A DNA stretch of 64,000 nt from assembly GCA_035576005.1 (NCBI GenBank), contig DATLXH010000026.1, positions 4,229-68,228 of the forward strand. The letters run 5' to 3'. Both the position numbers and the translations under genes were made by a program. The DNA is from Thermoanaerobaculia bacterium (GTDB lineage: Bacteria; Acidobacteriota; Thermoanaerobaculia; Gp7-AA8). The notes beneath the pieces are model-generated. The model searched no databases. It was not told where the DNA came from and was given only the letters and a program-made list of their open reading frames with translations. Below, piece by piece: positions 31,248 to 42,475 of the stretch (position 1 is the stretch's first letter; each line of letters begins with the position of its first letter).

Positions 31248-32870
31248 ATGGAACAACAGGAACTGGACCCAAAAGTAAAAGAGAAAGAACGGGAAGCGTC
31301 AGGCGACGGGTCGGAGAAGGAGCGTCCGCTGAAGTCGGCTGCAGAAAAATCCGAGAAAACCGACAAGGCGGAAAAGCCTCCCAGGGCGGCGAAAGAACGG
31401 GGCGAGAAGAGCGAGCGTTCTGAGAAGAGTCGCGAGGTCGCGGACAAGCCAAAGCGTGTTGCCCGTGAGTCGGATGAGGCGTCCGCCGCCGAGCCTCCAG
31501 TCGAAGCGGAAGTAGCGGCAGGTCACGTCAACAATGCAGCCGGGCCCGATCGTCACAAGCCGCGCGGAGACGTGGCGAGAAAGGTCGAGACGCCAGCCGC
31601 GGGACAACAGGCCGCTGATACGCTCGATATTCGCGTTCTCAAGGAGATGAAGCTGAGCGAGGTCTCCCGGATCGCAAAAGAGCATGGCGTCGAAAACGCT
31701 GCCGGGATGCGGAAGCAGGATCTTATCTTTTCAATTTTGCAGGCTCAGACAGAAAAGAGCGGTCTGATTTTCTCCGAGGGGGTTCTCGAGTGCCTGCCTG
31801 ACGGCTTTGGTTTTCTGCGAGCACCTGAATACAACTACCTTCCGGGCCCCGATGATATCTATGTTTCACCCTCCCAGATTCGGCGATTCGATCTTCGAAC
31901 GGGCGACACGGTTTCCGGTCAGGTGCGTCCTCCGAAAGAGGGAGAACGCTACTTCGCTCTCATCAAGGTGGAAGCAGTGAACTTCGAGCATCCTGAGGTC
32001 GCGCGCGACAAGGTCCTGTTCGATAATCTGACCCCGCTATATCCGGAGAATCGCATCAGGCTCGAAGTGCAGGACAACATGTCGGCCAGGGTTCTCGATC
32101 TCGTGGCGCCGATCGGGAAAGGCCAGCGCGGCCTTATCGTAGCGCCCCCGCGAACCGGCAAGACGATGCTGCTGCAGGCAATCGCAAATTCAATCACGTC
32201 GAATCATCCCGAGGTCACCCTCATTGTTCTTCTTATTGATGAGCGCCCTGAGGAAGTGACGGACATGCAGCGTTCTGTGAGGGGCGAGGTCATCTCGTCG
32301 ACCTTCGACGAGCCTGCTTCGCGCCACGTTCAGGTGGCGGAGATGGTCATTGAGAAAGCGAAACGGCTCGTGGAGCACAAGCGCGATGTCGTAATCCTTC
32401 TCGACTCCATAACCCGGCTCGCTCGTGCCTACAATACTGTTGTTCCACCGTCAGGAAAGGTGCTCTCAGGCGGCGTCGACTCGAACGCGCTGCAGCGACC
32501 GAAACGTTTTTTCGGCGCGGCGAGAAACGTGGAAGAAGGTGGGTCGCTGACGATCGTAGCGACGGCGCTGATCGACACTGGTTCGCGGATGGACGACGTG
32601 ATCTTCGAGGAGTTCAAGGGGACCGGTAACATGGAGGTTCACCTTGATCGCAAGCTCTCGGACAAGAGGGTCTTTCCTGCGCTCGACATCAACAAGTCCG
32701 GAACAAGGAAGGAAGAACTGCTCCTCGAGCGAAACGAGCTCAACAGAATCTGGGTCCTTCGCAAGGTGTTCAGCCCGCTCTCGACCGTGGAGTCGATGGA
32801 ACTGCTGATAGACAAGCTCGACAAGACGAAGACAAACGCGGAGTTCCTCAACTCCATGAGCTCGATGTAG
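31248..32870 (+). CDS. rho: Transcription termination factor Rho with ~120-aa lysine/glutamate-rich N-terminal insertion
   Basis: Rho N-terminal domain [21 protein letters not shown]-binding FGFLR, P-loop PPRTGKT. Confidence 0.95.
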   Translation: MEQQELDPKVKEKEREASGDGSEKERPLKSAAEKSEKTDKAEKPPRAAKERGEKSERSEKSREVADKPKRVARESDEASAAEPPVEAEVAAGHVNNAAGPDRHKPRGDVARKVETPAAGQQAADTLDIRVLKEMKLSEVSRIAKEHGVENAAGMRKQDLIFSILQAQTEKSGLIFSEGVLECLPDGFGFLRAPEYNYLPGPDDIYVSPSQIRRFDLRTGDTVSGQVRPPKEGERYFALIKVEAVNFEHPEVARDKVLFDNLTPLYPENRIRLEVQDNMSARVLDLVAPIGKGQRGLIVAPPRTGKTMLLQAIANSITSNHPEVTLIVLLIDERPEEVTDMQRSVRGEVISSTFDEPASRHVQVAEMVIEKAKRLVEHKRDVVILLDSITRLARAYNTVVPPSGKVLSGGVDSNALQRPKRFFGAARNVEEGGSLTIVATALIDTGSRMDDVIFEEFKGTGNMEVHLDRKLSDKRVFPALDINKSGTRKEELLLERNELNRIWVLRKVFSPLSTVESMELLIDKLDKTKTNAEFLNSMSSM

Positions 32871-32884
32871 TTGGACGATTCAAG

Positions 32885-32978
32885 GGGCGAAGCTTTGGAG
32901 GGCGGCAGACGCAGCTGCCGCTTTCTGTGTAGCGTCGCGATTTCACAAAAGAGGCAGCTATGCGGCTGTCGGAAGCGT
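32885..32978. repeat. Degenerate family B palindromic repeat, copy c (second arm decayed)
   Basis: ggcgaagctttggagggcggcagacgcagctgccgcttt, followed by an imperfect reverse arm. Immediately downstream of the rho stop. Confidence 0.5.
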
Positions 32979-33050
32979 TCCGGGACGGCAATGTGGCCTG
33001 GAGACAGTCCAACGAAACGAAATCGCTCTAGCCGGCGTTAGATAGATCAG

Positions 33051-35501
33051 ATGAAACAAAAACGAACTCCGGTGAGGGATTGTCTCTGGCGGCATTCCGC
33101 AGGGATTGCTTTCCTCATCATGGTGGTCTTCGTGGCCGGGATCGGCTTTCTCGGCTACACCTACTCGGTGGTCACTCGAAAATTTGATTCGAGTAGAAGG
33201 TGGGATCTGCCGAGCCGCATTTACTCCGACAGCACCGAGATCGTGCCGGGACTGACGTTCTCGAAGAGCATGCTCGAGCCGAAGCTCAATCACGTCGGCT
33301 ATCACGAAGTGAAGCAAGAGGTCGCAAGTCCGGGCGAGTACCGTTTCAATGGCTCAACACTGGAGATCCACCTTCAGAACTTCGTCTATCCGGACATGGA
33401 GTTTCACTCGACCGCCGTCGCGATCGACATGCCTGGTGGGAGAGTCGCGAGCATTCGGAGACTCTCGGACGGCGTGGCGCTGCGTGGTGTGCGGATCGAG
33501 CCTGAGCTCATTACCTCTATCTACGACGACGTCATGGAAGACCGCCTTCCTCTATCGCTCAAAGTCGTACCAAAGGTGCTGACCGACGCGATCATCGCGA
33601 CGGAGGACCGGAGCTTCTACCGGCACGAAGGGATCTCTCTCCGAGGCATCCTTCGCGCGGCCATACACGACGTACGAACAGGGACCCGAGCCGCAGGTGG
33701 CTCTACTTTGACTCAGCAGCTGGTCAAAAATCTCTACCTCAATCCCGAGCGGACATTCCGGCGGAAGGCGCTGGAAGCCGTGATGTCAATTCTGCTCGAG
33801 GCGCGCTACACGAAAAGCGACATCCTCGAGGCTTATCTCAATGAGATCTACCTCGGACAGAACGGGTCGGTGCAGGTGGTAGGAGTCGAACAGGCCTCGC
33901 AGATCTACTTCGGAAAGCGCGCGGCAGGACTGAAGCTCACTGAGGCAGCGACCATTGCAGGGATGATTCGCTCACCGAACGTCCTTTCTCCGCTCAAATA
34001 TCCCGAGCGCTCACACGCACGCCGTGATGTCGTGCTTTCGCTCATGCTGGGACAGAAATTGATCACGGAGGCTCAGTATGAAGAGGCGGTGGCCTCGCCG
34101 CTGGTCGTGAACAAGTTTCCGAAGTCGCTCAGAACCGCTCCTTTCTTCATCGACTACGTGCTCAAGCAGTTGCGTGAGACCTATCCTGAGACCCAGCTGA
34201 AAACGGAGGGGCTCAGAATCTTCACTACGCTTGACACGATGATGCAGCGTTCCGCCGAGCAGGCTCTGAACTCCGGGACGGCTTCCCTCGGCAAAAAGTA
34301 CAGCTGGATCAGGAAGTCTCCCACTCCTTTGGAGGGAGTGGTCGTGACTCTCCAGCCGGGGACCGGATACGTGAAGGCGCTCGTTGGCGGGCGCAGCTAC
34401 TCGAAGAGTCAATTCAACCGTGCCTTCCAGGCCCGCAGGCAACCCGGTTCTCTGTTCAAACCATTCGTCTACGTCGCGGCCATGGATCCGGCCCGGGGAG
34501 ACGAGGCGCTGACAGCGGCTTCAATCCTGGACGACAGCCCTATTACGGTTCGCAGCGGATCGTCGCTCTGGCGACCGCAGAATTATGACAATCAGTTTCA
34601 CGGAAGTCTCACGGTCCGGCGGGCGCTCGCAATGTCTTACAACATTCCAGCTGTCCGCGCCGCAATCAACGCAGGCGTTCCCAACGTCATAAAGCTCGCA
34701 TCGAGAATCGGTGTGCAGAGCAAGCTGGAACCGTATCCTTCGATTTCTCTAGGCTCTTTTGAAGTTACTCCGCTGGAGATCGCGTACGCCTATTCGGTCT
34801 TCGCAAATGAGGGCGTGAAAGCCGAGCCCATTTCCATTCTTGCCGTGGCAACCCGTGAGGGAAAGCTGCTCGAGCGTCGCGAAGTGCAGATGAAGCGGGT
34901 GGCGCCCGCGAACGTCTGCTACGTAATGAACGACATTCTGAAAGACGTGATCCGTTACGGGACCGCAGCAAAACTGGGATCGACAGGTTTCAGCCGCCCC
35001 TTTGCGGGGAAAACCGGGACGACCAACAATTATCGCGACGCCTGGTTCGTCGGTTACTCCCCGCGGGTAGTCACGCTCGTGTGGGTCGGCTTCGATGATG
35101 GTCACAGCGTTCGCCTCTCAGGCGGTGACGCCGCTTTGCCAATCTGGGCGTCTCACATGAACCGGATTGTAGGAATGATTCCGAACACCGATTTCAAACG
35201 TCCGGATGATGTCATCGAGCGCTCGATCGATTCGATGAGCGGCAGGATCGCGACCCCGTATTGTCCGAGCGCCAGGAGCGAGCTTTTTGCGCGCGGCACT
35301 GAACCGGAATCGACCTGTCACCTTCACTCGGGGTATTCGGGCTTCCCGACGGCGGGAATCGAGTCAGACGCCACCAGACCTGCTGACGAATATCCGACCC
35401 GTCCAGCGCAGTCCGCAGACGCGGGAGAGACCTCAAAACCGAAGAAAGAGAAGAGAAAGGACGGGATTCCTAGGATCTTTCGCTGGATCTTCGGAAATTG
35501 A
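33051..35501 (+). CDS. Bifunctional class A penicillin-binding protein (glycosyltransferase + transpeptidase), PBP1A-like
   Basis: GT51 motifs IIATEDRSFYRHEGI, GGSTLTQQLVKN. Transpeptidase SLFKPF (SxxK) and KTGTT. Confidence 0.9.
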   Translation: MKQKRTPVRDCLWRHSAGIAFLIMVVFVAGIGFLGYTYSVVTRKFDSSRRWDLPSRIYSDSTEIVPGLTFSKSMLEPKLNHVGYHEVKQEVASPGEYRFNGSTLEIHLQNFVYPDMEFHSTAVAIDMPGGRVASIRRLSDGVALRGVRIEPELITSIYDDVMEDRLPLSLKVVPKVLTDAIIATEDRSFYRHEGISLRGILRAAIHDVRTGTRAAGGSTLTQQLVKNLYLNPERTFRRKALEAVMSILLEARYTKSDILEAYLNEIYLGQNGSVQVVGVEQASQIYFGKRAAGLKLTEAATIAGMIRSPNVLSPLKYPERSHARRDVVLSLMLGQKLITEAQYEEAVASPLVVNKFPKSLRTAPFFIDYVLKQLRETYPETQLKTEGLRIFTTLDTMMQRSAEQALNSGTASLGKKYSWIRKSPTPLEGVVVTLQPGTGYVKALVGGRSYSKSQFNRAFQARRQPGSLFKPFVYVAAMDPARGDEALTAASILDDSPITVRSGSSLWRPQNYDNQFHGSLTVRRALAMSYNIPAVRAAINAGVPNVIKLASRIGVQSKLEPYPSISLGSFEVTPLEIAYAYSVFANEGVKAEPISILAVATREGKLLERREVQMKRVAPANVCYVMNDILKDVIRYGTAAKLGSTGFSRPFAGKTGTTNNYRDAWFVGYSPRVVTLVWVGFDDGHSVRLSGGDAALPIWASHMNRIVGMIPNTDFKRPDDVIERSIDSMSGRIATPYCPSARSELFARGTEPESTCHLHSGYSGFPTAGIESDATRPADEYPTRPAQSADAGETSKPKKEKRKDGIPRIFRWIFGN

Positions 35502-35541
35502 ACGACTCCGCTTCTTGTCTCCAGAGCTGGCGCCCAACTCT

Positions 35542-36348
35542 ATGGAAAACGTGAGCGAGAAGGAAAGTGGCAACCAGTTCCTCAACGGAGTTCGGGAAAG
35601 CTCTCGCGATTTCTTCCTGTATGTTGGCGGGCTCTGGGATCTGGCTGTCCAGACTGTAAGGGAAACCTTCAGGCGACCATTCGAGACTCAGATCTTCCTG
35701 ACGCAGCTCGATCAGATCGGAGTGAAATCGCTATCGATTGTCGCCATCACGGCGGTATTCATCGGGATGGTTCTTGCGCTTCAGACTGCGTATGCGCTAT
35801 CGGCCTTCGGTGGAAAGCTTTTCATTGGCAAGGTCGTTTCGCTCTCACTCGTGCGCGAGCTTGCGCCCGTTCTGATGTCGCTCATGGTGGGAGGGCGTGT
35901 CGGCGCCGGAATCACGGCTGAGATCGGGACGATGAAGGTCACCGAGCAGATCGATGCGCTCAGAGCGCTGGCAACGAGTCCGATTCGTAAGCTCGTGGTG
36001 CCGAAAGTTCTCGCTACGACATTGATGCTCCCGATTCTGACCACGCTTGCGTGTGGCCTGGGGATTCTCGGCGGCTTGCTCGTCGCCGTCTTTAACCTTC
36101 AGCTGACTGCGAATTTCTACATGCGGAGCATCTGGACGACTCTGCGCTACAACGACCTCGCGTCAGGAATCGGTAAGACGGTATTTTTCGGATTCGCGCT
36201 CTCTTTGATTGCGTGTTTCAACGGACTTCGGACGTCCGGAGGGGCCGACGGCGTCGGGAGAGCAACTACGGCTACGGTAGTGACGGGATCCATCTCGATC
36301 CTCATCATGGACTTTTTTCTTACGAAGCTCTTCCTTCTCATCCAATGA
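35542..36348 (+). CDS. mlaE: Mla/Ttg2-type ABC transporter permease (MlaE)
   Basis: MlaE core VRELAPVLMSLMVGGRVGAGITAEIGTMKVTEQIDALRAL. Start trimmed to MENVSEK. Confidence 0.8.
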   Translation: MENVSEKESGNQFLNGVRESSRDFFLYVGGLWDLAVQTVRETFRRPFETQIFLTQLDQIGVKSLSIVAITAVFIGMVLALQTAYALSAFGGKLFIGKVVSLSLVRELAPVLMSLMVGGRVGAGITAEIGTMKVTEQIDALRALATSPIRKLVVPKVLATTLMLPILTTLACGLGILGGLLVAVFNLQLTANFYMRSIWTTLRYNDLASGIGKTVFFGFALSLIACFNGLRTSGGADGVGRATTATVVTGSISILIMDFFLTKLFLLIQ

Positions 36349-37175
36349 GTGAAGAGGGAATTACACCGGAAAGACGCAGCGAATCACGCGACACTGCGGA
36401 TCGCCGTCAGCAGGAACGCGATGTTTTTGTCGAGTTCCGGGACGTAACGAAATCCTATGGCAGCAAGAAGGTGCTGCGGGGCGCGAGCCTCAAGATCTAC
36501 CGCGGCGAAGTCGTGGTCATCCTTGGAGGGTCGGGAACAGGCAAGTCCGTCACCCTCAGAAATATTCTCGGCCTCGAAATCCCCGACTCAGGAGCCGTGA
36601 TCATCGAAGGCGAGGACATCGTTGACTTTCCCGAGGAAGAGCTCTATCGGGTTCGGAAAAAATTCGGAATGCTTTTTCAGAGTGGAGCCCTTTTCGATTC
36701 TATGAATGTATTCGACAACGTTGCCTATCCGTTGCGCGAGCATTCCGATCTCGCGGAAGAAGAACTGACTCGCGTCGTGCGTGAAAAACTCGAGATGGTA
36801 AACCTCCCCGATTCGGAGCATCTGATGCCCGTCGATTTGTCAGGCGGCATGAGAAAGCGCGTCGGGCTGGCGCGCTCGATCGTCCTCGATCCAAAAATGA
36901 TTCTCTACGACGAGCCCACGACCGGGCTCGACCCCATCACTTCACACAAGATCAACGAGCTGATCGTAACCCTTCAATCCAAGTTGAACGTCACTTCAGT
37001 GGTTGTGACCCATGACATCCAGTCAGCATTCTCGGTAGGAGACCGCATCGCGTTCCTCAATGAGGGCATTTTCGAGTGGGTTGGAACGATGCAAGAAGCT
37101 CGCGACTCCGACCATCCGGTACTGAGAGAATTTCTTCAGACATCTGCGGTGATGGCGGCACAACCGACCAAATGA
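36345..37175 (+). CDS. mlaF: Mla-type ABC transporter ATP-binding protein (MlaF)
   Basis: Walker A GGSGTGKS, LSGGMRKR signature, ILYDEPTTGLD. ATGA overlap with mlaE. Confidence 0.85.
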   Translation: MSEEGITPERRSESRDTADRRQQERDVFVEFRDVTKSYGSKKVLRGASLKIYRGEVVVILGGSGTGKSVTLRNILGLEIPDSGAVIIEGEDIVDFPEEELYRVRKKFGMLFQSGALFDSMNVFDNVAYPLREHSDLAEEELTRVVREKLEMVNLPDSEHLMPVDLSGGMRKRVGLARSIVLDPKMILYDEPTTGLDPITSHKINELIVTLQSKLNVTSVVVTHDIQSAFSVGDRIAFLNEGIFEWVGTMQEARDSDHPVLREFLQTSAVMAAQPTK

Positions 37176-37272
37176 GAATGGGTTGCGGCTATTCTTTGTT
37201 TTCGCAGGTTTGCCCGGATTCCTCATGCCGCGGCACCTGTGAAGCAGCAGCTGAGAAGTTCCGGCGAACGAT

Positions 37273-38673
37273 ATGACTAAGGTACAGAAAACTTCATCGA
37301 GAAATGCACGCATCGGAGCGCTGGTCGCGGTCTCGACCATATCTTTGATGATCTTTCTTTTTTTCATCGGGTCGGAGCAGAAACTGTTTGCCCGAAAGAC
37401 CGAGTACGGCGTGCATTTCACGAACGTCACAGGTCTCGCCGAGGGAAACCCGGTCAAGCTGTCAGGAGTGACGATCGGTGTGGTGAAGGACATCACCCTC
37501 CCCGAGTCTCCGAAAGAAAATACGGTCCAGATTTCGGTGATGGTCGATCGGAAGTTTGCGCCGCGGATCCGGACCGATTCGAGGGCTCGCCTGAAAAAGC
37601 TCGGACTTCTAACAGGTGACAGCTACGTCGATATCACTGCCGGGTCGCCGACCCTCGCCGAGTTGCCTGCGAAATCGATCATTCCGGCGCAGAAGGCCAC
37701 CGATGTCGATGCCCTCATCGCTTCGGGCGGCGACCTGGTCGACAATTTCGTAACTATGTCGTACTCGCTCAAGAACATTCTGGGCAGAATCGACCGGGGA
37801 GAGGGGCTGATCGGTGAACTGACGTCGCAGCCTGAGACGAAACAGAAGGTGGTAGATACGGTTCTGCTCACTCTGAACCGGACGAACGCAGTTCTGGATC
37901 ACGTACAGTCAGGAAAGGGACTTGTGGGTAAGCTCGTCTACGACGATGCTTACGCGAACCAGCTGACATCCTCGCTGAATAGCAGCGTCGGATCGCTCCA
38001 GTCGGTGATGGGAAACGTTCAGCGGAGCTTTGAGAGTGGCACCGGCATGCTTCCGACCTTACTCAACGATCCGCAGGGAAGAACAAAGGTCCTCGCGCTG
38101 GTGGACAATCTGCAACTCACGGCAGAGAGAATTGCTGGATTCAGTCAGGGGCTGCAAACCGGAGAAGGAATCGTCCCCAGGCTGATCAGTGATAAGGAGT
38201 TTGCCGACGAGACGCTCGCTGAGTTCCGGCTTCTCGTCAATCAGCTCAATGAGACCGCAAGGAAACTCAACAGCGGTGAGGGTACGGCAGGAAAACTCAT
38301 CGCGGACCCTTCTGTATATGAATCGATCAACGACATCCTGATTGGTATCAACGAGTCCAAGATGCTCCGGTGGCTGATTCGTAATCGCCAGTCCAGCGGC
38401 ACTTCGAAACGTTTCGGCGTGGAGAAGAAGGAAGCGCCCTCGGTGAAACCTCCCGGGAAGAGCTCAGACATCGGTAAGGAAAAGTCGCCAGAGGCTCAGG
38501 CACCGCCCGTCACTCCTCCAGGGGACGAAACCCCTCCTGGCAACCCCCCGGTGCCCGGTCTGCAGTCTCCGGAGTCAGGTACCAGTCCAGTGCCGGTACC
38601 ACCCACTCCCCCAAATACAACGACGGTGCCCCCGAGCGGCGGCTCTCAGCCAGGCGCCAGCGCCACTCCGTGA
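37273..38673 (+). CDS. mlaD: MCE-domain protein (MlaD-like) with long Pro/Thr-rich C-terminal tail
   Basis: N-terminal TM, MCE core VKLSGVTIGVVKDITL, then helical repeats and a terminal PPVTPPGDETPPGNPPVPGLQSPESGTSPVPVPPTPP tail. Confidence 0.75.
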   Translation: MTKVQKTSSRNARIGALVAVSTISLMIFLFFIGSEQKLFARKTEYGVHFTNVTGLAEGNPVKLSGVTIGVVKDITLPESPKENTVQISVMVDRKFAPRIRTDSRARLKKLGLLTGDSYVDITAGSPTLAELPAKSIIPAQKATDVDALIASGGDLVDNFVTMSYSLKNILGRIDRGEGLIGELTSQPETKQKVVDTVLLTLNRTNAVLDHVQSGKGLVGKLVYDDAYANQLTSSLNSSVGSLQSVMGNVQRSFESGTGMLPTLLNDPQGRTKVLALVDNLQLTAERIAGFSQGLQTGEGIVPRLISDKEFADETLAEFRLLVNQLNETARKLNSGEGTAGKLIADPSVYESINDILIGINESKMLRWLIRNRQSSGTSKRFGVEKKEAPSVKPPGKSSDIGKEKSPEAQAPPVTPPGDETPPGNPPVPGLQSPESGTSPVPVPPTPPNTTTVPPSGGSQPGASATP

Positions 38674-38799
38674 TTTCTTGCGCGGCTTCGGGTTGTGAAA
38701 GGTAATCTGCGAGTAGTGGTTGATGCCGCGCAGGCACCGGGATGGAAATCATTCTGATGGGAGCCCTCGCAAACCAGCAACGTCCGACGGAGTGAATGC

Positions 38800-40137
38800 A
38801 TGAACATTACAGTGATCGGCACGGGATATGTCGGTCTGGTTACGGGAGCGGGTCTTTCGGACTTTGGTAACGAAGTCACCTGCGTCGACATTGACGCATC
38901 AAAGATTGAAGCACTGCAGGCCGGAGTGATTCCCATCTATGAGCCGGGGCTGCAGGCGATTGTCGCGAAGAACGCGGCGGAAGGCCGCCTCCGATTCACA
39001 ACCGATCTTGGCGGGTCGATTCGCTCGGCGCGGGCGATTTTTATCGCTGTAGGAACGCCGCAGAAGAAAGATGGCTCGGCTGATCTGCGGTATGTCGAGG
39101 AAGTTGCCAGGACCATCGCCACGCACATGGATGGGCCCAAGCTGATTGTGACCAAGTCGACCGTTCCCATCGGTACCGGGCGAATCATCGAATCGATTCT
39201 CGAGGCAGCGGGCAAAAAGCATCTGGCCTCTGTGGTCTCCAATCCGGAGTTTCTCCGCGAAGGATCCGCAATCGAGGACTTCATGCGTCCCGACCGCGTT
39301 GTCATCGGCGCTTCCGATGAAGAAGCAATCGCTCTCATGAAGGAGATCTACGCTCCGCTTCACATGTTGGAAGTGCCTTTCGTTGTGACGAACGTTGAGT
39401 CGTCAGAGCTCATCAAGTACGCGGCGAACGGCTTCCTCGCCACGAAGATTTCTTTCATCAATGAGATTGCGGTCTTGTGTGAAAAGCTCGGGGGCGATGT
39501 TCAGGATGTCGCCCGTGGAATCGGACTGGATTCCCGAATCGGCGCAAAGTTTCTGCAGGCAGGGCCAGGCTTTGGAGGATCATGCTTTCCAAAAGACACG
39601 GCAGCCATCGCTGACATCGCTCGGCGCCACGGTTACACGTTTCAGATCATCGACGCTGTTCTCGCTGTCAATGAAGACATCAAGGAACGGAGCGTGCGGA
39701 AGGTGATCGAAGCAGTCGATGACGTGGAGGGGAAAGTGATCGGGATTCTGGGACTTGCGTTCAAGCCTGAGACAGACGACATGCGCGACTCTCCGACCAT
39801 TCCTCTGATCGAGGGTCTTCAGCGGCTGGGAGCAAAGGTGAAGGCCTACGATCCGCAAGCGATGGAGAACGCCCGGAAGATGTTCGACGGTGTGGAGTTT
39901 TGTCATGATGCCTACCAGACGGCGAGTGACAGCGACGCCCTGGTGATCGCAACGGAATGGAACGAGTTCCGTGCTCTGAACCTGGACCGGATCAAGAGAG
40001 TGATGCGAGCTTCCGTGATCATTGATCTTCGAAACCTCTATGACCCGGTGAGAATGGAAAAGCAGGGATTTGCCTACACATGCCTTGGTCGCAGCAAGGT
40101 GATGCTGCGGGCGGCCTCGTCGCGGGTTGCCAACTGA
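38800..40137 (+). CDS. ugd: UDP-glucose 6-dehydrogenase
   Basis: [14 protein letters not shown], catalytic GGSCFPKD. Confidence 0.9.
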   Translation: MNITVIGTGYVGLVTGAGLSDFGNEVTCVDIDASKIEALQAGVIPIYEPGLQAIVAKNAAEGRLRFTTDLGGSIRSARAIFIAVGTPQKKDGSADLRYVEEVARTIATHMDGPKLIVTKSTVPIGTGRIIESILEAAGKKHLASVVSNPEFLREGSAIEDFMRPDRVVIGASDEEAIALMKEIYAPLHMLEVPFVVTNVESSELIKYAANGFLATKISFINEIAVLCEKLGGDVQDVARGIGLDSRIGAKFLQAGPGFGGSCFPKDTAAIADIARRHGYTFQIIDAVLAVNEDIKERSVRKVIEAVDDVEGKVIGILGLAFKPETDDMRDSPTIPLIEGLQRLGAKVKAYDPQAMENARKMFDGVEFCHDAYQTASDSDALVIATEWNEFRALNLDRIKRVMRASVIIDLRNLYDPVRMEKQGFAYTCLGRSKVMLRAASSRVAN

Positions 40138-41078
40138 TGGGCCGCGCGCTGATTACTGGAGGAGCCGGATTCCTGGGCTCCCACTTGTGCGACCTCTTTC
40201 TCTCCCGAGGCCATGAAGTAGTCTGCATGGACAACTTCATCACCGGCAATCCCCAGAACATTGCGCATCTTCTTGGTCGCGATGGTTTCAGCTTCATCAA
40301 GTACGACGTAACGAACTACATCCATATCGACGGTCCGCTGGATTACGTCCTTCACTTCGCGTCGCCTGCCAGCCCCATCGACTACCTCGAGAAGCCCATT
40401 CAGACTTTGAAAGTCGGATCGCTGGGGACGCACAAGACCCTCGGCGTTGCAAAGGACAAGACGGCTCGATATCTGATCGCATCCACTTCAGAGACATATG
40501 GCGATCCTCTCGTGCATCCGCAGAGAGAAGATTACTGGGGCAATGTGAATCCGGTTGGTCCGCGTGGCGTCTACGATGAAGCCAAGCGGTTTGCTGAAGC
40601 AATGACAATGGCCTATCACCGGTTCCACGGGATGGAAACGCGCATCGTGCGGATCTTCAACACATATGGCGAGAGGATGCGGCTGCGCGATGGCCGCGTG
40701 GTTCCCGCGTTCATCTCACAGGCACTATCGAATGAGCCGATGACGGTTTTCGGGGACGGCTCACAGACCCGTTCGTTCTGCTACGTCTCCGATCTGATCG
40801 ATGGGATCTACCGGCTTCTCATGTCGGACGAGGTCACACCGGTCAACATCGGCAACCCGGCAGAGATGACAGTGCTTCAGTTCGCCGAGGAGATCAAGCG
40901 GTTGACCAACTCCAAAGCTCCGATCGTCTTCAAGCCTCTCCCTGAGGACGACCCGAAAATTCGTCGTCCCGACATCACCAAAGCCAAGGCTCTGCTGGGA
41001 TGGGAGCCGAAGGTTCCGCTCTCGGAAGGGCTTTCCCGGACTATCGAGTTCTTCAGGGGTGTTCTCAAACCGGTCTGA
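40137..41078 (+). CDS. UDP-glucuronate decarboxylase (UDP-xylose synthase)
   Basis: [22 protein letters not shown] (YxxxK). 1-bp overlap with the ugd stop. Confidence 0.85.
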   Translation: MGRALITGGAGFLGSHLCDLFLSRGHEVVCMDNFITGNPQNIAHLLGRDGFSFIKYDVTNYIHIDGPLDYVLHFASPASPIDYLEKPIQTLKVGSLGTHKTLGVAKDKTARYLIASTSETYGDPLVHPQREDYWGNVNPVGPRGVYDEAKRFAEAMTMAYHRFHGMETRIVRIFNTYGERMRLRDGRVVPAFISQALSNEPMTVFGDGSQTRSFCYVSDLIDGIYRLLMSDEVTPVNIGNPAEMTVLQFAEEIKRLTNSKAPIVFKPLPEDDPKIRRPDITKAKALLGWEPKVPLSEGLSRTIEFFRGVLKPV

Positions 41079-41338
41079 GCCGGTGCAACGCGGAGTTGGG
41101 CTTGGGGACATCAAACGCGACTGATTCTCATGATCACTCTAACGACATACGACCGGGCTCCGAGAATGGCTTCCGCGCCGATGACCTTCCGACAAAGTGT
41201 GTGTCTTGAGGTTTCTTCTGTTACAGGGACTTCGTCCCATGCCCTCCACTCGATGACTCCGCCACGCGAAATGCTGATGGCGTCCTCGCGAAGACTTGCG
41301 ATCATGGACAGTCGCACCGTCGTCTCCGTACCTCCCGT

Positions 41339-42202
41339 ATGATCCTCCGTCTCGCGGTCACGCTGATGGCAGTCTCAATGCTCACTGCCATGACCGTCGC
41401 TGCGGATGGATTGAGACCGCGTTTGGCCCATCCACGGCTCGCCTTCCTCGAGGAAGCCACGTCTCTGATGTGGGTGGGTGCCCATCCCGATGATGAAGTG
41501 TTAGTGAGTCCGATCCTGGCCTCTGTGTGTCTCGGCGACGCGGCTGTCTGCTCGCTCTTGATCCTCACGAGAGGAGAACAGGGCTCATGCCTGCTGCCCG
41601 CTGGCTGTGGCGTGGCCCTGAGCACGGTTCGGAGTGGAGAAGCCGGTCGCGGCTCAGACTTGTTTCAAGCTGACTTGATTCTTCAAACGCTAGCTGACGG
41701 CGGGGGTCGGCCAGATGGTAGTGCGCCGAACTGGGAAGCCGCGTTCGGTGGCCGGGAGCGACTTGTGGCTAGATTCGCGACGCTGATCGAGGCCGTGGCA
41801 CCCGAGGTCGTCCTGACTTTCGATCCGCGTCACGGGACAACCTGCCACCCAGATCATCGAGCAACGGGACAGCTGGTCGTGGACGCGCTCCGAACTCTCG
41901 CGCGACCGCCCAGGCTCTTCTTTCTAGAGACCAGGGCCAGGGTGACACTATCGCCCGTGCGGATGGAGTTGCATTCCCCTGCGCCTCTTGGAGCGTTGAT
42001 CAGAAGGTTCGACGCCAACAGGTCTTTATCGGGATCCACAGAGACCGGCTGGGACTGGATGCTGAAGTCAATGAGGATTCATCGGAGTCAATTTGATGAT
42101 GCCTGGCTTCGCGCGGTCGAGCAAGTACCGGAAGCGCAGCGAGTGGTCTATTACGCATCGGCCGAGGCAGCCTCGGCTGTGACGCTGGACGAGTGTCATT
42201 AG
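41339..42202 (+). CDS. PIG-L / LmbE-family N-acetylglucosaminyl deacetylase, with signal peptide
   Basis: Signal peptide, then VGAHPDDEV zinc-binding motif and a later HPDH. Confidence 0.65.
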   Translation: MILRLAVTLMAVSMLTAMTVAADGLRPRLAHPRLAFLEEATSLMWVGAHPDDEVLVSPILASVCLGDAAVCSLLILTRGEQGSCLLPAGCGVALSTVRSGEAGRGSDLFQADLILQTLADGGGRPDGSAPNWEAAFGGRERLVARFATLIEAVAPEVVLTFDPRHGTTCHPDHRATGQLVVDALRTLARPPRLFFLETRARVTLSPVRMELHSPAPLGALIRRFDANRSLSGSTETGWDWMLKSMRIHRSQFDDAWLRAVEQVPEAQRVVYYASAEAASAVTLDECH

Positions 42203-42298
42203 CCCTTCCAGCAGCTTCACCGATCATTATCCGACTCTACAACAAGCAAAGATCGGATGAACAGGCGGGCATGCTGTTCACAAACCTGTTAGGCGCCT

Positions 42299-42370
42299 AA
42301 CCCGCATTTCTCACAGCTTTTCACCGCGAGGCGACGGATAGCGGCCTGTCTGAGTCGTTGCACAACGGCT
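42299..42370. repeat. MITE-family left-half fragment (taACCCGCATTTCTCACAGCTTTTCACCGCGAGGCGACGGATAGCGGCCTGTCT...)
   Basis: Shares left TIR and the GACGGATAGCGGCCTGTCT core with full copies; no right TIR. Confidence 0.55.
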
Positions 42371-42475
42371 CTCTACGCTGGCTTGCTGGGCCGCGTTTTT
42401 TTGCGACATACTTTTAAATGGCCTGATGCTTGTCTATCTTTCGCGCAAGACAGACGGGATTGTCGGTCCCCGCAC

